DNA of 64,000 nt from contig CM052832.1 in the NCBI GenBank assembly GCA_028534125.1, positions 9,860,001-9,924,000 of the forward strand, written 5' to 3'. This document shows, piece after piece, positions 1-13,600 of the stretch (position 1 is its first letter; each line of letters begins with the position of its first letter). A model generated the notes under the pieces. That model was given only the letters and a program-made list of their open reading frames with translations, was not told where the DNA came from and did no database searches. Origin of the DNA: Lama glama (lineage: Eukaryota). Position numbers and translations under genes: made by a program.

Positions 1-664
1 GGGGATGTGGTGCTAAATCAGGCCCAACAACTCAGGCCTCTTTGGACCTGCCTGTGGCTTGGAACCCAGGGGAGTGTATCTGCTCCCCACTACCTCGCCT
101 CCAGCACCTCTCTCCTCCCCTCTTTCCCCTACCTTCCCGCATCCCCATCCCCCAACCCTCCATCTAATTCCATGGCATCTGGAACATCAGCCCTCTCCTG
201 CTCTCTGTCCCCCTTCTCTCCATCTTTATTTGTTTTTCTGCCTCCCTCCTTCTTTTGGTGTCTTTCAAGGGTGTCTGAGACCTGCCTTGCTCCCCCAGTG
301 CCTTCCCAGTGTGGGCCTCCAAGCTCTGTTGTCAGGGACCCAGAGGAATGGCCCGGGACAGGGGAAGGTGGATGTAAGGGAGAGTCCAGCTTCATGCAGC
401 CCCCTGGTCTTGGCCACCAGAGCATGTGGTGGCTGGGATGCCCTGGGGTGGGTGGAAGATGAAAGGGCCGAGGGGTAGCCCAGGCCAGCTGGAGGAGCCT
501 CTCTGCAGACAGCCCTGGGTATTGCTGGCTCCTCCAGACCTGTGACTAACTAGAGGTTCTCATCTGGTTTGTTTGGCCTAATCATCGTGTTTTCAAAACC
601 AGATGTGAGAAGAAAATATCAGAGCCTCTATTTCTATGTACTGATGTCTCATCCTTTTCTCTCC

Positions 665-1490
665 CCTTTTATTGTGAAATAGAGCACAGTTGCCAAAAAG
701 GGTATAAACCTGTCTGGATAATGTAATAAATAATTATAAACGTGACCACTCAGATGAAAAAACAGAATGTAACCTGAATTCCAAAATCATCTCATGTGCC
801 CCCACCTTGGTTATAAGCCCCTCCCCGCGAGGCCACCACTGTCCTGGCTTTTAAGATAATCACTTCCTTGCTTTCCTTGATCATATAACCACCTGTACCT
901 GTGTCCTTTAGCAATAGAGTTTAGTTTTGCCTGATTCTGGATTTAATACGGCTGGAATGACCTTGAACCTGTTCTCTCGTCATGCTGCGAGCTTCATCCA
1001 TGTTGTTGTGTGTCGCAGTGCTGAGCTCCCGTTCATTGCTGTGGCGTATCCACCGTATGAACTTGCTGCCGTATTCGTAGCCATCCAGCACACACTGGTG
1101 GGCATTTGGGTTGCTTTCCTTTTTTGGCTACTGTGAACGATACTGTAAGAACATCCTGGACTGTGATTCCTAGTGCATTGGAGCATACATCTCTCCAGTC
1201 TATATAACCCAGGAAGGAACTGCTAGAGCACAGGGTATGCAGTGAATATTTCAGCATTAGTAAGTACTGTGTCAAGTGGTCGCACCAATTTTCTCCTCAC
1301 TGGCGGCATCCGTGGGTTCCTGTTGCTCCGTATCCTCACAACACTTGGTGTTGATTGGTGGACTCAGTTCTGTCTTGCTGGTGAGCGGGTGACAGTATCT
1401 CGTTATGGGGGTAATTTACGTTTCCCTTCTCATCTGTTTTTATGTATATTTGCTCACATGCATGATATGTCATATGCTGGTATTTATAAG
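665..1490 (-). mobile_element. Ancient L1 (L1ME/L1MC-like) 3' region
   Basis: Motifs such as TTCATCCATGTTGTTGTGTGT, GGGCATTTGGGTTGCTTTCC, TATATAACCCAGGAAGGAACTGCT, TATCTCGTTATGGGGGTAATTT. Confidence 0.7.
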
Positions 1491-1816
1491 TAGCTTCTGA
1501 GAAAAAAAGCTTGTTTGGGGGTGCTCAAAATTTTTTTACTCACAGGAGTGTGTGATCAAAATAACTGAAAGACCACTGAAATATTGAATGCCAGGGAGGG
1601 GATGGGTTTGTAGGGTGGGGTGGGGAGGCGGTCTTGGGACAAGATTCCCAAGTGGCAATGCCTCCAGTGGGGCAGCTCTGCCCAGAGGCTGCTGAGCCCA
1701 CAGGGCACTCCCCGGCACCTTCAGGCCCCCCGCCTGGCACATGTAGGGCCAGAGCCCCCAGCGGATGCCCTTCAGTTTAGAATTGGCAGGCGCCTGGCTT
1801 TCAGGTCCTTCTAGGC

Positions 1817-2026
1817 CAGTAGTTTTCAACTGGGAACAGTTTTGCCTCCCAGGGTACATTTGGCAATGTCCGATGGCATTTTTGTTTGTCACAACTCGGA
1901 ATGCTACTGGCATCTAGTGGGTAGAGGCCAGGGATCTGCTAATGGTCCTAAAATGCTCAGGACAGCCCCCACAACAAAGAATTGTCCAGCCACAAGTGTC
2001 AGTCCTGTTGAGGTTGAGAAACTCTC
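1817..2026 (+). mobile_element. MER20 (hAT-Charlie DNA transposon relic)
   Basis: CAGTAGTTTTCAAC...ACATTTGGCAATGTC...TGCTACTGGCATCTAGTGGGTAGAGGCCAGGGAT...CAGGACAGCCCCCACAACAAAGAATT...GAGGTTGAGAAAC. Confidence 0.88.
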
Positions 2027-3097
2027 ACCTGGGAAAGGAGCCAGGAACCAGATTTGCCGTGAACTCGCCGCACAGCCTGAGGGAAGTTACTGAGTGCTTT
2101 GAGCCTCAGCCTTCTCATCTGAAAATGAAAGTAGCCAAGGTTGCTGCCCGCTGCCCTTTGTGGGTTGCTGTCGGGACTGGGAAGAGGATGGCATCTTTGG
2201 GAGCATCCCTGCAAAGGGGCCCGTGGCTGGGGTTTCCAGGGGAAGCAGGGCTTCTGGCACCAGCCCGTCCCTCACCTGTGCTCCCTGTCCATCCACTGAG
2301 CTGGAGGCATCAGGTGACTGGCCATGAGCTTGGGCCCTGGTTCCTGCTACCCCAGGCCTCAGAAGGCTGTGGGAGAACCACTCTGAGGGCCCCAGCCTTT
2401 TGATGAGGGCTGCAGAAATGAGGGGCTCTCTGGGGAGCCCTGGGGCCCTGGGCAAACCATGCCTGACTTTGTCCTCAGGCGAGTGGGAGTCCAAGGTTGT
2501 GTGCAATGATAAGCGGTGCTTATCCGACTCCTTATCTGAGGCCCATTGCAAGTCTGGGCCATGAAGGGTGGGAGCGAGAGCTCATCCTTAGGGGCTTTGC
2601 ACACCCAGGCCAGGCTCCTACTCACTGTTTGTGTCCTTCCAGAGTTTGCTATTCCATGGAGGGCCCAGGACTGGACCAGAGTCCGGCTGAGAGCTCTCCA
2701 GGCCTCTCTGAGCTCTTCGCCCTGGGGCTCACCTCATCCTGTGCGTCTCCTCCTCCTCCAGGAGCCCTGGCTGGTCTTCCCTCTGCTACCCTGTCCCTTC
2801 CTGAGACACACTCTCATGAAAGGGCCTGGTAAACTCATCCACCCCGGGGTATAGATGACTAATAACAGCTCAGTGACTGCCAGCCTTTCTTGACAAGCGG
2901 AATCTACCTACCAAAGATGGGAATCCCTTAGCCACCAGAAGGAAACACTAGAGAAATGCCGTGTCTCTTAGGCAGGCTGTTAGAGAAGTGCTTCAGGGCC
3001 TGAAGAACCTCTGAAATCGCATGTGTAGCAAGAGCCTTTTCCCACAAGTGGAAAGTGTGTGGTGGCTCCGATCTCCCCAAAGCTTCTCGGGACAATG

Positions 3098-3597
3098 NNN
3101 NNNNNNNNNNNNNNNNNNNNNNNNNNNNNNNNNNNNNNNNNNNNNNNNNNNNNNNNNNNNNNNNNNNNNNNNNNNNNNNNNNNNNNNNNNNNNNNNNNNN
3201 NNNNNNNNNNNNNNNNNNNNNNNNNNNNNNNNNNNNNNNNNNNNNNNNNNNNNNNNNNNNNNNNNNNNNNNNNNNNNNNNNNNNNNNNNNNNNNNNNNNN
3301 NNNNNNNNNNNNNNNNNNNNNNNNNNNNNNNNNNNNNNNNNNNNNNNNNNNNNNNNNNNNNNNNNNNNNNNNNNNNNNNNNNNNNNNNNNNNNNNNNNNN
3401 NNNNNNNNNNNNNNNNNNNNNNNNNNNNNNNNNNNNNNNNNNNNNNNNNNNNNNNNNNNNNNNNNNNNNNNNNNNNNNNNNNNNNNNNNNNNNNNNNNNN
3501 NNNNNNNNNNNNNNNNNNNNNNNNNNNNNNNNNNNNNNNNNNNNNNNNNNNNNNNNNNNNNNNNNNNNNNNNNNNNNNNNNNNNNNNNNNNNNNNNN
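3098..3597. other. Assembly gap (500 N)
   Basis: Run of N. Confidence 1.
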
Positions 3598-4169
3598 CTG
3601 CCCAGTCTCCGGGGAAGCATGGGCTGGTGGACAGCGTGTGAAGTCAGAGTTGGAGGAGCCGGCCTCTGAGGAGCAGTGCAGCCCTGGGCAGTTAACTAAG
3701 TGCTCCCTGCCTCCTCTCCACTAGGCTTGTATGAGGCTCTGGTGAGGAGGTAATGTGTGTGATGTGCTCAGTCCGGCACCGGCCAGACCATGGTTAATAC
3801 ATGTTGATGTCAGGGGTGGGGAGCAGACCCTGGGTGCGAATCTGGCCCCACCGCTTTTGCAGCTGTGTGATCCTGCTGCCTCAGTTTCTTATTATGTAAA
3901 ACGGAGATGATAGTTACAGTGCCCTCCGTGTGGGTTCATTCTGAGGATTAAAAGACTGAATTTGTGTGGAGTGCTCAGAGCAGCACCTGGCACCCAGTGA
4001 GGGGTGCTCTGCACAGGTTAGCACCTTACCTGTACGTGAGCATGTTTGTGTGCAAATGCCACAAAACCACCCAGGTTCACGGTGATTATTTCTGATGATG
4101 GGGATTTCAGTGGGGACCGGGGATATTAATAAGAGCTCACATGTCCAGGACTTACTCCATGTCAGACAC

Positions 4170-4850
4170 CGGGCCCAGTGCTTGACCTGTCCTAGCCCCT
4201 TGAACCCTCATGGTCGCCCTCTGAGGTGGGTGCTGTCATCACCCCCATTTCACAGATGGGGACCTGGAGGCACAGAGGGGTCAAGTGACTTACCTGGTCA
4301 GTGACATCAGTGAAGGGAACAGCAGTACAGTCTGCCTTAGCCCTGAGGTGGACCTGCAGCCCCCATCCCAGCCCCTTCTCTGGGTTCTGCTGCAGGCGGG
4401 TGAGGGGTAGGGAGCAGGGTCTGTTGCGAGGGGTGTGAGGGCCAGCCTTGCTGCCCATGGGCCCTGGCCCAGGAGCCCTGTCTTCTCTCTGTACCATCTC
4501 CAGTCACATAGTCAACAAATACAAAGAATGTCATTAGCGTGGGGAATGGCTTTTTGGGCGCTGGAATTGGCGTAGGCTTCCTTGGGCCGAGCTTCCTGCC
4601 GGTGCGTAGACTTCCTAGAGGAGCCGAAGACCACTCCCCGAGGGGGCAGGGTGCTGCAGTGGTTCTGAATGTGGCTCCAGACTGAGGCAGTCCTGGCTTT
4701 GAATTCTGTCTGGGCCATTTATTGTGTGACCTTGGCCTCAGTTTCCTCACATATAAAATTCCTCACAGTCCCTACCTCCTAAGATGATGGTGAGGATGAA
4801 ATGAGATCTCATAACAAAATGCTTAGCACAGGCCTGGCCAGAGTTAAGTG
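4170..4850. mobile_element. Two MIR relics in opposite orientations
   Basis: CCCCATTTCACAGATGGGGACCTGGAGGCACAGAGGGGTCAAGTGACTT; TGTGTGACCTTGGCCTCAGTTTCCTCAC. Confidence 0.7.
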
Positions 4851-6419
4851 TCTGCCACATGGATGCCTCTATCAGGCACCTGCTACAGGCAGGGTCATGT
4901 GCCAGGCAGGGAGCTGGGCTATGCAGATATCCTGGGAGCGCCGTTATCGGAACTGTGGATCAGGGCCACTGACTGGACCCCAGTCTGGCCATGAAATCAG
5001 TTTAGTGGCTCTCAATGAAAATGAAATGAAAAGGAAGTCATAAATTCGATGAAAAAGAATGATAGAAAACATCCAGTGTGTTGCCAGTTTTGGTAAGTGC
5101 TGCTTTGTGAGATTTTTTTTTTTGGTTTCGTGTTCATGTACCTGTGTACCCACACTCCATGTGTGTTACACTAGGTCAAATAAAATATACTTCTCTGTGA
5201 GTCATGGTCAAAATATTTGGGGCCACCACCTTAGGGATCCTCTCCCTCCTGTGCAGTGATGTGTAGTGGTTACACCTACTCAGTGTAAGACCCAGCACCA
5301 CGTGTGGGAGTTGGACTGGGTGGTGGGGCCCCGTTCATAGCAAAGTGGCTGAGTGAGCAGGCCCTGTGGGGGTCAGCAGAGGCAGAGGCAGGGGGAGGTC
5401 GGAGGGGCTTTCTGGGTGATAACACGTGTTGGTGGAGACAGTGAGAGGAGGCAAAGCCTGGGGTGAATGGTTGACTTGGGGTCTGGAGATAGCCACCTTA
5501 GGAGGTGGGGGCTTCCTGTCAGCGGAAGGCTGCAGGGCCAGGCCTGGCCAGAGGTAAAGGTGAGGGGTAAAGGTGAGGGTCATCTCAGGGCACTAGGTGA
5601 GGGCTAGGCACCTGTTCCCTGGCTGGGGTGGGGTGGAGTGGGATAGAAGAGGACTCAAATTAACCAATGCTCCCCTCACCCCAAGATTTGCAGGACCTGC
5701 CCTGACTGGGTGAGACCCAGGGCTCAGATACTTTCTCTCTTTCCCCTGGCCCCTAGGAGCCTCCTGAGTCTTCTTTTTGCTGCCCCAGCTGGCTCCAGTG
5801 GGCCTGGCCTGGGACCTGGCTCAGCCCTGAGCCCTGGTCCAGAAGCCTTTCTATGACTTAGATCCCTGCCCGGGGTAAGTCAGGGCCTCTGTTTCTTCAT
5901 CTGTAAAGTGGGCACGTGTATCCCTGAGCACCTGGCTCTCTGGGTGATGGTGATGCCATCTTGTGACATAATGGGGATGAGTTGGCAGTAGGAAGTGTGC
6001 CGAGCTCTGGATGGGTTGCTACTGTTCTAAGTCTGGGAGGGCTGGAGAAGGTCACGAGGCTATCAGCTGCCTGGGTGGAGAGCCCCCCACCTCCCCACCC
6101 CATGACCTGGGGCCGTGGGACAAGGGTGGGGAGAGGCCTGTGACCCATGGTGAGCTGGGGATATCCCCGGCTCTGAGGGGAAGGTGGCCTTTTAGGGGCC
6201 TCAGAGGATGACACCCAAATTTGGCCTAGATTTGGGAAACCCAGCCTCCAGAGCCCCCACCTCCATGGGGTACCCAAGGAGCCCACGCTTGGAGGCCTGT
6301 GATGCTAGGTGGAGGGGGCTGCACCCTGGGACTGATTGGCAGAGGCCAATTTCCAGGAAACCGTGGGTGTCTTTGAGCCTGCTGAGCCTAAATCCCGGAA
6401 GCTCAGGCATGGATGTGGT

Positions 6420-6800
6420 ATTTAATGACAGATCACATATACTGAGCACCTACTGTGTACCAGGCACTGTGCTAAGCACTTTTGTATGTTTATGAATTTA
6501 TTCTTCACAATAACCTAACACACAGGTCTTTTTATCATCCGGTTTTATAGATGAGGAAACCGAGGCTCAGAAGGGTGAAATCTCTTTCCCTAGCTAGTGA
6601 GTGGCAGAGCTGGGCTTGAGATGATGAGTTCTGGATTCAGGCTGCCATGATTGAAATCCATGCAGTAGCACTTGCCAGCTGGGTGACCTTGGACAAGAGC
6701 CTGAACCTCTTTGAGCATTTCTTTCTGGCTCTGTGAAATGGGCACAACCACAGTGCCCTCCTCAAAGGGTGGTTGTGGGAATTAACCGAGATCATGGAGG
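6420..6800. mobile_element. Two adjacent MIR relics
   Basis: TTTTATAGATGAGGAAACCGAGGCTCAGA; GGGTGACCTTGGACAAG...CTGTGAAATGGG. Confidence 0.7.
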
Positions 6801-8944
6801 TCAAGTGCTTCCCTGCACCTGTGGGAGCTGCTCAGTCATCTCTCCTGCCTGCACCAGTAACCCCCCGTGTGACCCTGGGCCCATTCTCTGGTCTTCCTGG
6901 GTCCCAGTCTCCTCAGCTGTGTGACAGAGGCTACTGACCTCTTCCCTGCCCTTCTCAACAGGATTGCTGAGGGTCAGATGGGATCAAAACCCTGGGTGGG
7001 TCCTGGGGGAAGACTTCATAGTACAGAAACGCCAGACTCCTTGAACCCCTGAGCTGCCAGGAATTTTTCAGGGCTTGGAGGTAACTGCAGGTCCTGATGT
7101 GTTTTGTTTGAGCCTCCTTCAAGCTTTCCTGTTTCCTGCTGGCCCATGCAGGCATTTGAAGTGCTGACCCCAGATCTACTCTGGGGTTTCCCAAGCTGTG
7201 TTCTGTGGAAGGGTTTGGTGATCAAGCAGATGTGAGAGAGTATTGAGTAAAAAAAAAAAGTAAAATGGGTTTCTTTGCTGCAGGACTTCTCAGAGCCTTT
7301 GATTCAATAATATTCATTGTGCGCCTCCAATATGTGGTCCTGATATACTCCAGGTTATCTCAAAGGCCTAGTGCTCAAAGCTCCATTTTCCAGATGGAGA
7401 AACTGAGACCTGGAGTGAAGCCACAGAGATGATTTTCCTGGATCATGCAGTTATCTCTACCAGAGCTGCGACCAGACCCCAGGGTCCCTGACTCCATGCC
7501 CAGTGCTCTGTCCAGGACACCTGCCTCTGCCCCTCCTTGCTCTGTTCTCCTCAGAGAAGTGTGTGTGGTGTTACTCCCTCCCTGAAGGCTCCTTGGCTTT
7601 TTCTGGCCCCTCCCTCTGGCTCCCAGCAGCATCAGAGGGTGTCCTGTTCCTTCTGGATGTTGCTGGAAGAAGGGGCTATGCTGAGGTTGTGGGATCCTGG
7701 GAGATCTTCCCGGGCTGGTGGGCGACAATAAGGCTTCTCCTGGCTGTGGGGCCCTGAGCAAGTGGATTAGGTTTTCTGAGCCTCAGTCTCCTCAACTGTA
7801 GAGTGAAACTCATCATCTCATCTACCATCTGCAGTTACTGAGAGGTTCAACTCTGACACCCTGTGAGAAGGTGCTCTATTCATCTTCAATTTGTGTGCAG
7901 ATTGTGTGTGTGTGAGTCTAGCAACTCCAGTCATTTCTGGGATGATGAAGAAATGAGGGGGGGCCCTGGCCATGGGATCCCCCTAGTTCACCCCCCACGT
8001 CTGATATCTGCCCTTTAGTATATTTCTGGCTCTCTCTGGTCTATGTTCCTCTGGTCACGTAGGAAGTGAGCCAGTCTGGATGACGCTATGGACACATTTC
8101 ACAGGTGAGATGCAGGAAGGGAGCCTGGGGCACGGTTTCTTAGTGTCCTGCGGGGAACTGGTATCAGAGATGGGAAAGAAATTCGATTGTCTCAGGGCCT
8201 CAGTACAGCTCTGCCTTGGGCATGGCGGTCTTCTCCAGATTCTGCCCACTCCTTTGATACGAACCCCTCCGTGTAGCAGAAGAGAGCTTGTGGGCGTGCC
8301 TGTATCTCTGTTCACACCGCAGTTGGGATGGAAATATCCCAGGCCCTCTGCTGGCTGTGTGGGGCTCTGAGAGAAAGGCTGAGGGGTGGGCCAGGCTGGT
8401 TTGGGAGGTGATGGTGCCTCCCTGGCAGTGTCCTCTCCTGGAGGGCTGTTTGCCCGAGTTATTCTTAGCACTGACTCATTATAGAGACTATTTTTAGCCT
8501 TGTTTCTAAGTGTTGCCAACATCTGGTGCAGCCAGTACCGAAGCGGGTGGGGGTGGCAGGGGCGACCCTTTTGGGCATTGCTGGGGCCTGGAGCCTCTGG
8601 CAGGAGAACAAGGACAGAGTCTCCTGCCTCCTGCACCTGCCGCAACGTGAAGCTGGGCACGCAGTAGGCGTCCTGTTCATGCTTGTGTGATGTTGGCCGG
8701 CCCACAACCTCATCCTTCCAGCTCCTGTTGGGTGGGGAGGTGGCGAGGTGGGGAGGTGGGGTGGATGTTACCATCCAGCCGGAGACAGGAGCTGACTGAG
8801 CTCATCAGGTGGACTTTCCCACGTCCATCCCTCAGGGGTTCCAGTTGGCCTCTGAGTGCTGAAGAGGGCCTCGGCCCAGGCTAGGCCCCTTGTTACGGCC
8901 ACCACCGCAGGAGGAGCCAGCAGTCATTATAGAGAAGGCAGGTG

Positions 8945-9145
8945 CTCAGTGGTGAGGTGCGCAGGCTCCGGGACTAGACTGCCTGGGTGCATGTCCTGGC
9001 TTTGCTGCTTCCTAGCTGTGTGACCTTGGGTGAGTCATCAACCTCTCTGTGCCTCAGTTTCCTCACCTGTGAGATGAGGATGGGAGTATAGTGCCGCGAG
9101 GATTAAGTAAAACACTAACACATGAAATGCCTGACTAGTAAGTGC
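8945..9145. mobile_element. MIR
   Basis: TAGCTGTGTGACCTTGGGTGAGTCATCAACCTCTCTGTGCCTCAGTTTCCTCACCTGT. Confidence 0.8.
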
Positions 9146-10566
9146 CACGGAGTAGGGAGCAGGTCGCGTTGCCTCGATTGCTATTGTTATCATAGCTAGT
9201 GAGACGCTCTGTGCGCCGTCCTCTTGCGGTGAGCTGGGGAGGAGGCACCTTGGCTCTCCCGAGTGGGGTGAAACTTGGGATGGGGCTCAAAGGGAGTGTT
9301 TGCACCCAGGCATCGTGATGATGGCGATTTCTTGGGGCTTCCCCGAGGGGTCAAGGGCACACAGGTGGGTTGGAAGCTGGGGTTTTGCCCTTCACTGGTT
9401 GGGTGAGTCACGTAACTTTTCTGAACGTGTGTTTCTTTACCTACATGACAAACATGAGACTATGTAGGCCACAGAGTTATAGTGGGAAATAAAGCCTTTG
9501 ATGTTCATGGGACGTTTTGCCCAGTGCTGGGCACATGGTTGGACCTGAATCCTCAAGGCTTGCTTTTCTTATCTTGCTGTGTCCCTTTTCCACGTGGGGG
9601 ATGCTGTGCCTTGGGAGTCGTGGACAAGAGCTTGGAGGTTTGGTGCTCTGGGCTGGGGGTCCTCACCCTCCCTGAGTTATGTGATCCACGTGTGGTGCTT
9701 GCCTCCCCTGGGCTTCTGGAACACGTAACACGGAAAGGCCAGAGAAAATTGTGGCTTTCAGATTCTTTCTCAGAACCCCAGGGGGTGTTTTGGGGAAGGT
9801 CTGGGAGCATCGGGGAGGCCCCCAGTTGGAGGTCAGGGGGTCTGGCCCTCTCCTCTCCCCACAAAGCTGCTTTATTCTCAGGTTTTACATTTCAAGGTTC
9901 CAGGTAACCTTTGTCTGAAAACGGGGCTCTACTGTTGAAAGCAGCCTGGGAATTCCCGGATGGCTGACTCCTCAGGCCCCTTGTTGTCTGACATCTGTGC
10001 CCTCTGACTCAGCACTGACTCTGGGAGGTGACCTGTGCCATGGGCACCTGGGCATCGATGCTCAGAGGGTGCTGGCGCTCCCCACAGGGCGTTGGGGCAG
10101 AGAGAGAGCTGCCAGGCTGCTGCTCAGGGGAGAGCTTTGCATGCTTACTGACTGTGGGACGTGGGTGCCCCGAAGACAATACTCAGTCCAGCTGGCAAAA
10201 TCTCACAGGAAGGAGCGAGGGCCGAGATTGGGCAGAGAGGCCCCTGCCCCAGCACAGGCACGTTCAGATGTGAAATGAATGAAGTGGCACCAGCACAGCA
10301 TCCTGGGACAGCGGTGCCTCTGATAGGCTGGCAGGTCTTCCCCTCCCCTGCACACTCTCACCCCCACTCTTTTTTCTCACTCCTCCCTCCACCTTCCCGT
10401 CCTCTGCTTTGTTTGACCAGTCTTGAGCTACCCCAGCCCTGCGGGCCAGGCTTAGCCTTGCTCATACATTTAACAGAGACACTTCCCCAGCCTGAGCCTC
10501 AGTTTGTTCATCGGTAAAATGAGGATGATGGGCTTCCAGTCTCAAAGCCTCTGTTCTCAGGGCAGG

Positions 10567-10567
<1 letters not shown>

Positions 10568-10610
<43 letters not shown>

Positions 10611-10633
10611 GTGTGTGTGTGCGCGCGCACGCA
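10568..10633. repeat. Compound microsatellite (CA)21-A-(GT)5-(GC)4
   Basis: Read directly from the sequence. Confidence 0.95.
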
Positions 10634-13600
10634 GGGGCCCACAGGTTCCCAGGTGAAGATCGGAGTGCTGCAGTGCTCTGCTGGGGGACTCCAGGATGTG
10701 TTGGGCCCAGGACAAGCCTCGAGTGGGAAGATGGGGGCCTGTGGGTGTAAGAGGAAGGCGGGCATCCAACTGTGTCCCCTGGGTGGGGAGCTGCCACCAT
10801 AACTTCTGTGTGTGACCCTCTGTGAATGTGGGCGGTAGCCCGCAGGGACACATCTTTGTGTCGTTATGACGGGGTGCGAGAGGGTGCGTGACTTGCGCCA
10901 GCCAGGGAGCAAGGGCAGTTATCTCCTTTTGCTGGGAGCTTCCTGGGCTCCGAGGAAAATGGGAAGTGACTCATGCAAAGGGACCCCTCCCCAACTCCCC
11001 ATATTGGCCACAACCTGAGGGAGAGGGTGGCCTGGCTGCCTCTCTTTCCCCAACTCCCCAGAGGCCCATGTCCCCATCCGCCCTTGCCTCAGACTCTGTA
11101 TCTCACTCAGGGTAAGTGGCTGCCTCAACTTGGCAGTCTGACACTCCTCTGGGTGGCATTTGTGGCGGGGGGGGGGCATGCCTGCAGCTGTAGGAGTCAG
11201 TGTGCCTCCAAACCTGGCTCAGGTACTCCCCTGTGCCAGAGGAAGTGGCCTCTAGGCCTAGCCTGGGATGCCGTGGTCAGCACCGAGAAGACCTGCCGGG
11301 AGGGCCAAGGCGAGGCTCCACCTGCCCACCGTCTGCCATCTCCGGCCATCCTGGCTGCAGCCACCAGTGACTCATGCCCCTGGGTTCTGAGCCAGCTCCT
11401 CCCCTGGGGCACCAGCGCAGGGCCCCAGCAAGCCAAGGAGGGAGGAAGGAGGCCCTGTGTATGGGGAGGGGTCGCAGCAGGCCTCTCTCCTGTTTTTCTC
11501 CTGGCCCCTGTGGATTTCACCTTCTCCTTTGCCCAGAGGAAAGGCTGTAGCCCCTGATGACATAATGGGTCCCAGATGCCTGACAAGTGAACAGCCTAGC
11601 ATGGCAGCTAGAATCAGGAGTCCCTCTTCCCCACTGCCCTCCACCAGGCATGTCCCTATTCCATTGCCCCGGCTCGCTGGGGGCGTGGGTGGGGCCTGGG
11701 CCACCTCCCCCCGCCCCATGGGGCTGGGCAGCCTAGGGGGGTTGGGGAGGCCCTCTCCCAGGAAATGAATTCCTGGCCTGACCCCAGATGCCGGCCTGCC
11801 CAGCTCTGTGCTGGGGTAGCGCTGGGTGCACACACAGCCCCATTGTACGCCCGGGCCCTGTGCCCGCCATGGGCCTGGCACCAGCTCCATCAATAGCAGT
11901 GGCTCCGTCAGCCCCTCAGCACACCCTGCCAGGGCCCAAGCCACTGGCCCCTGGTGAGCAGGAGGTGGGAGGGCTGGTGATTGGGCTGTGAGTGTGTCCT
12001 GAGTGCAGGGCTGGGGACCATGTACATACCTGAAGAGCCAAACACAGACATTTGTTTCTCTCATCACCTGTGCCCCATTCACATGAGGAAACCGAGGCAT
12101 CAGGAAGCTTCAGTAACTCACCCAAGGGCACACAGCCAGTGAGTGGCAGCGCTGGGGTTTGAGCTCAGGCAGCCTTGGTCCAGAGTCTGCTCTGCACCAT
12201 TTACTGCACCGCGCACCCAGCCTCCAGGTCAGGGCTCAGGGAAAGGCAGGGCTCCTTCTCTCTCCAGTCCAACTTTGGGGAGTGAGGCAGGCTCCTCTCT
12301 GGAAAGTACATGTCCCTAGGGTGGAAGGGGACCCCGGAACAGTAGTGTCTGGAGTCCCTGTGTGCTTGTGAGAAGTATTGTAGTTAATTTTCAGGGATGC
12401 TACTGGTGGCTGGGCAGGCAGAGCAAGTCTCCAGAGTTGGAAGGCGGCTCTGTGCCTCAGTTTCCCTGCCCCACAAGCACTGTATATGCCCTGTGCTTTT
12501 AGGAGAGCAGAAGAATACAGAGGTGAGGTGTGGCCAGGGCTGGGACCTGGACCCTTACCCCTTTCCCTGTGCCCAGTAGGCCCACAGGAAGCTCCCCTTC
12601 CCCAACCTAGACCAAGGCCTCCTGTTGCTTCTATTCTGAGAGTCCGTCCTGAGCTGCCCCATCTCCTCAGGTTTCCCAGCCTGAAGAGGCCTCTGAGGCC
12701 AGGGAGCCAGCCAAGGGGGCAGCCTGGCTCTAGACAGTGAGGGCACCCCGTCTCTGCCGAGCACCCAGGCCCCTCAGGCCAGGGTGGGGGTGTCCAGATT
12801 CAGCTCCTATGGGGCTCAACTTACCCCTCATGAGCCTCGACCCCCAAGGGGCTGGGCAGAGCTGAAGCTCCTCCCTCCTCCTCAGCCCAACCTCCTTGTC
12901 CCCTGTCCATCCTGGACACAAGGCCTGGCTCCCCTTCGATGCCACCTCAGCCCTCTCAGCAAATGGACAGGGCAGCCTGCAGGGGCCATGATATTGCGAA
13001 ATGCCAGGACTGGGCCTTGGGGACAGGTGGGGACGAGAGGGAAGAGAGAGGCTGGAAGGGGACACCGAGGCTGGCTCCCTTCTCACCTTGTCCTGGAGCT
13101 TGTCTGCTCCGGCTCAGCTTTCTCGGTTTATGCCATTCCCCCCAGACAGCCAACAGCTCTCCATCCAAGCCTGCAGCAGGGCACATCAATCCAGAAGGGC
13201 CGTGTTTGAGTGCCCTCTACCTGGGAGGTGCCGAGAAAGAGAAAACCTGGGAACAGCCTTCAGGGAGCTTCTGCTACAGCTGAGAAAACTAGACAGAGTA
13301 ACTTCTCTGTGCCTCGGTTTCTCATTTGTAAAATGGGTACACTAATATCTCCTACTTCCCAGTATTGTTGAGAAGGGCAAATGAATTAAGACATAATAAA
13401 GCCCTTAGAAACAAATCCTGACAAATGGTAAGTGCTCACTATAGGTGTATTGGTAGTGCTTGTAGTGGCCATCATCATTCTAGTAGAAGTACAATATATA
13501 ATACCAGGTAGTCCTGTTTTTCCCAAACTAGATTGTGAGTATCAGTGAGGGCGGGACTGTCTTATTCACCTCTGTATTTTGGGATCAGGCACAGAGCCTG

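Noticed and set aside
2928..3724. 200+ aa ORFs in four frames
   Set aside because: Artefacts of translating through the 500-N gap.
8055..12100. Minus-strand ORFs of 239 aa and 242 aa
   Set aside because: Low-complexity Pro/Gly/Ser/Arg translations typical of GC-rich intronic DNA; no homology or exon structure recognised.
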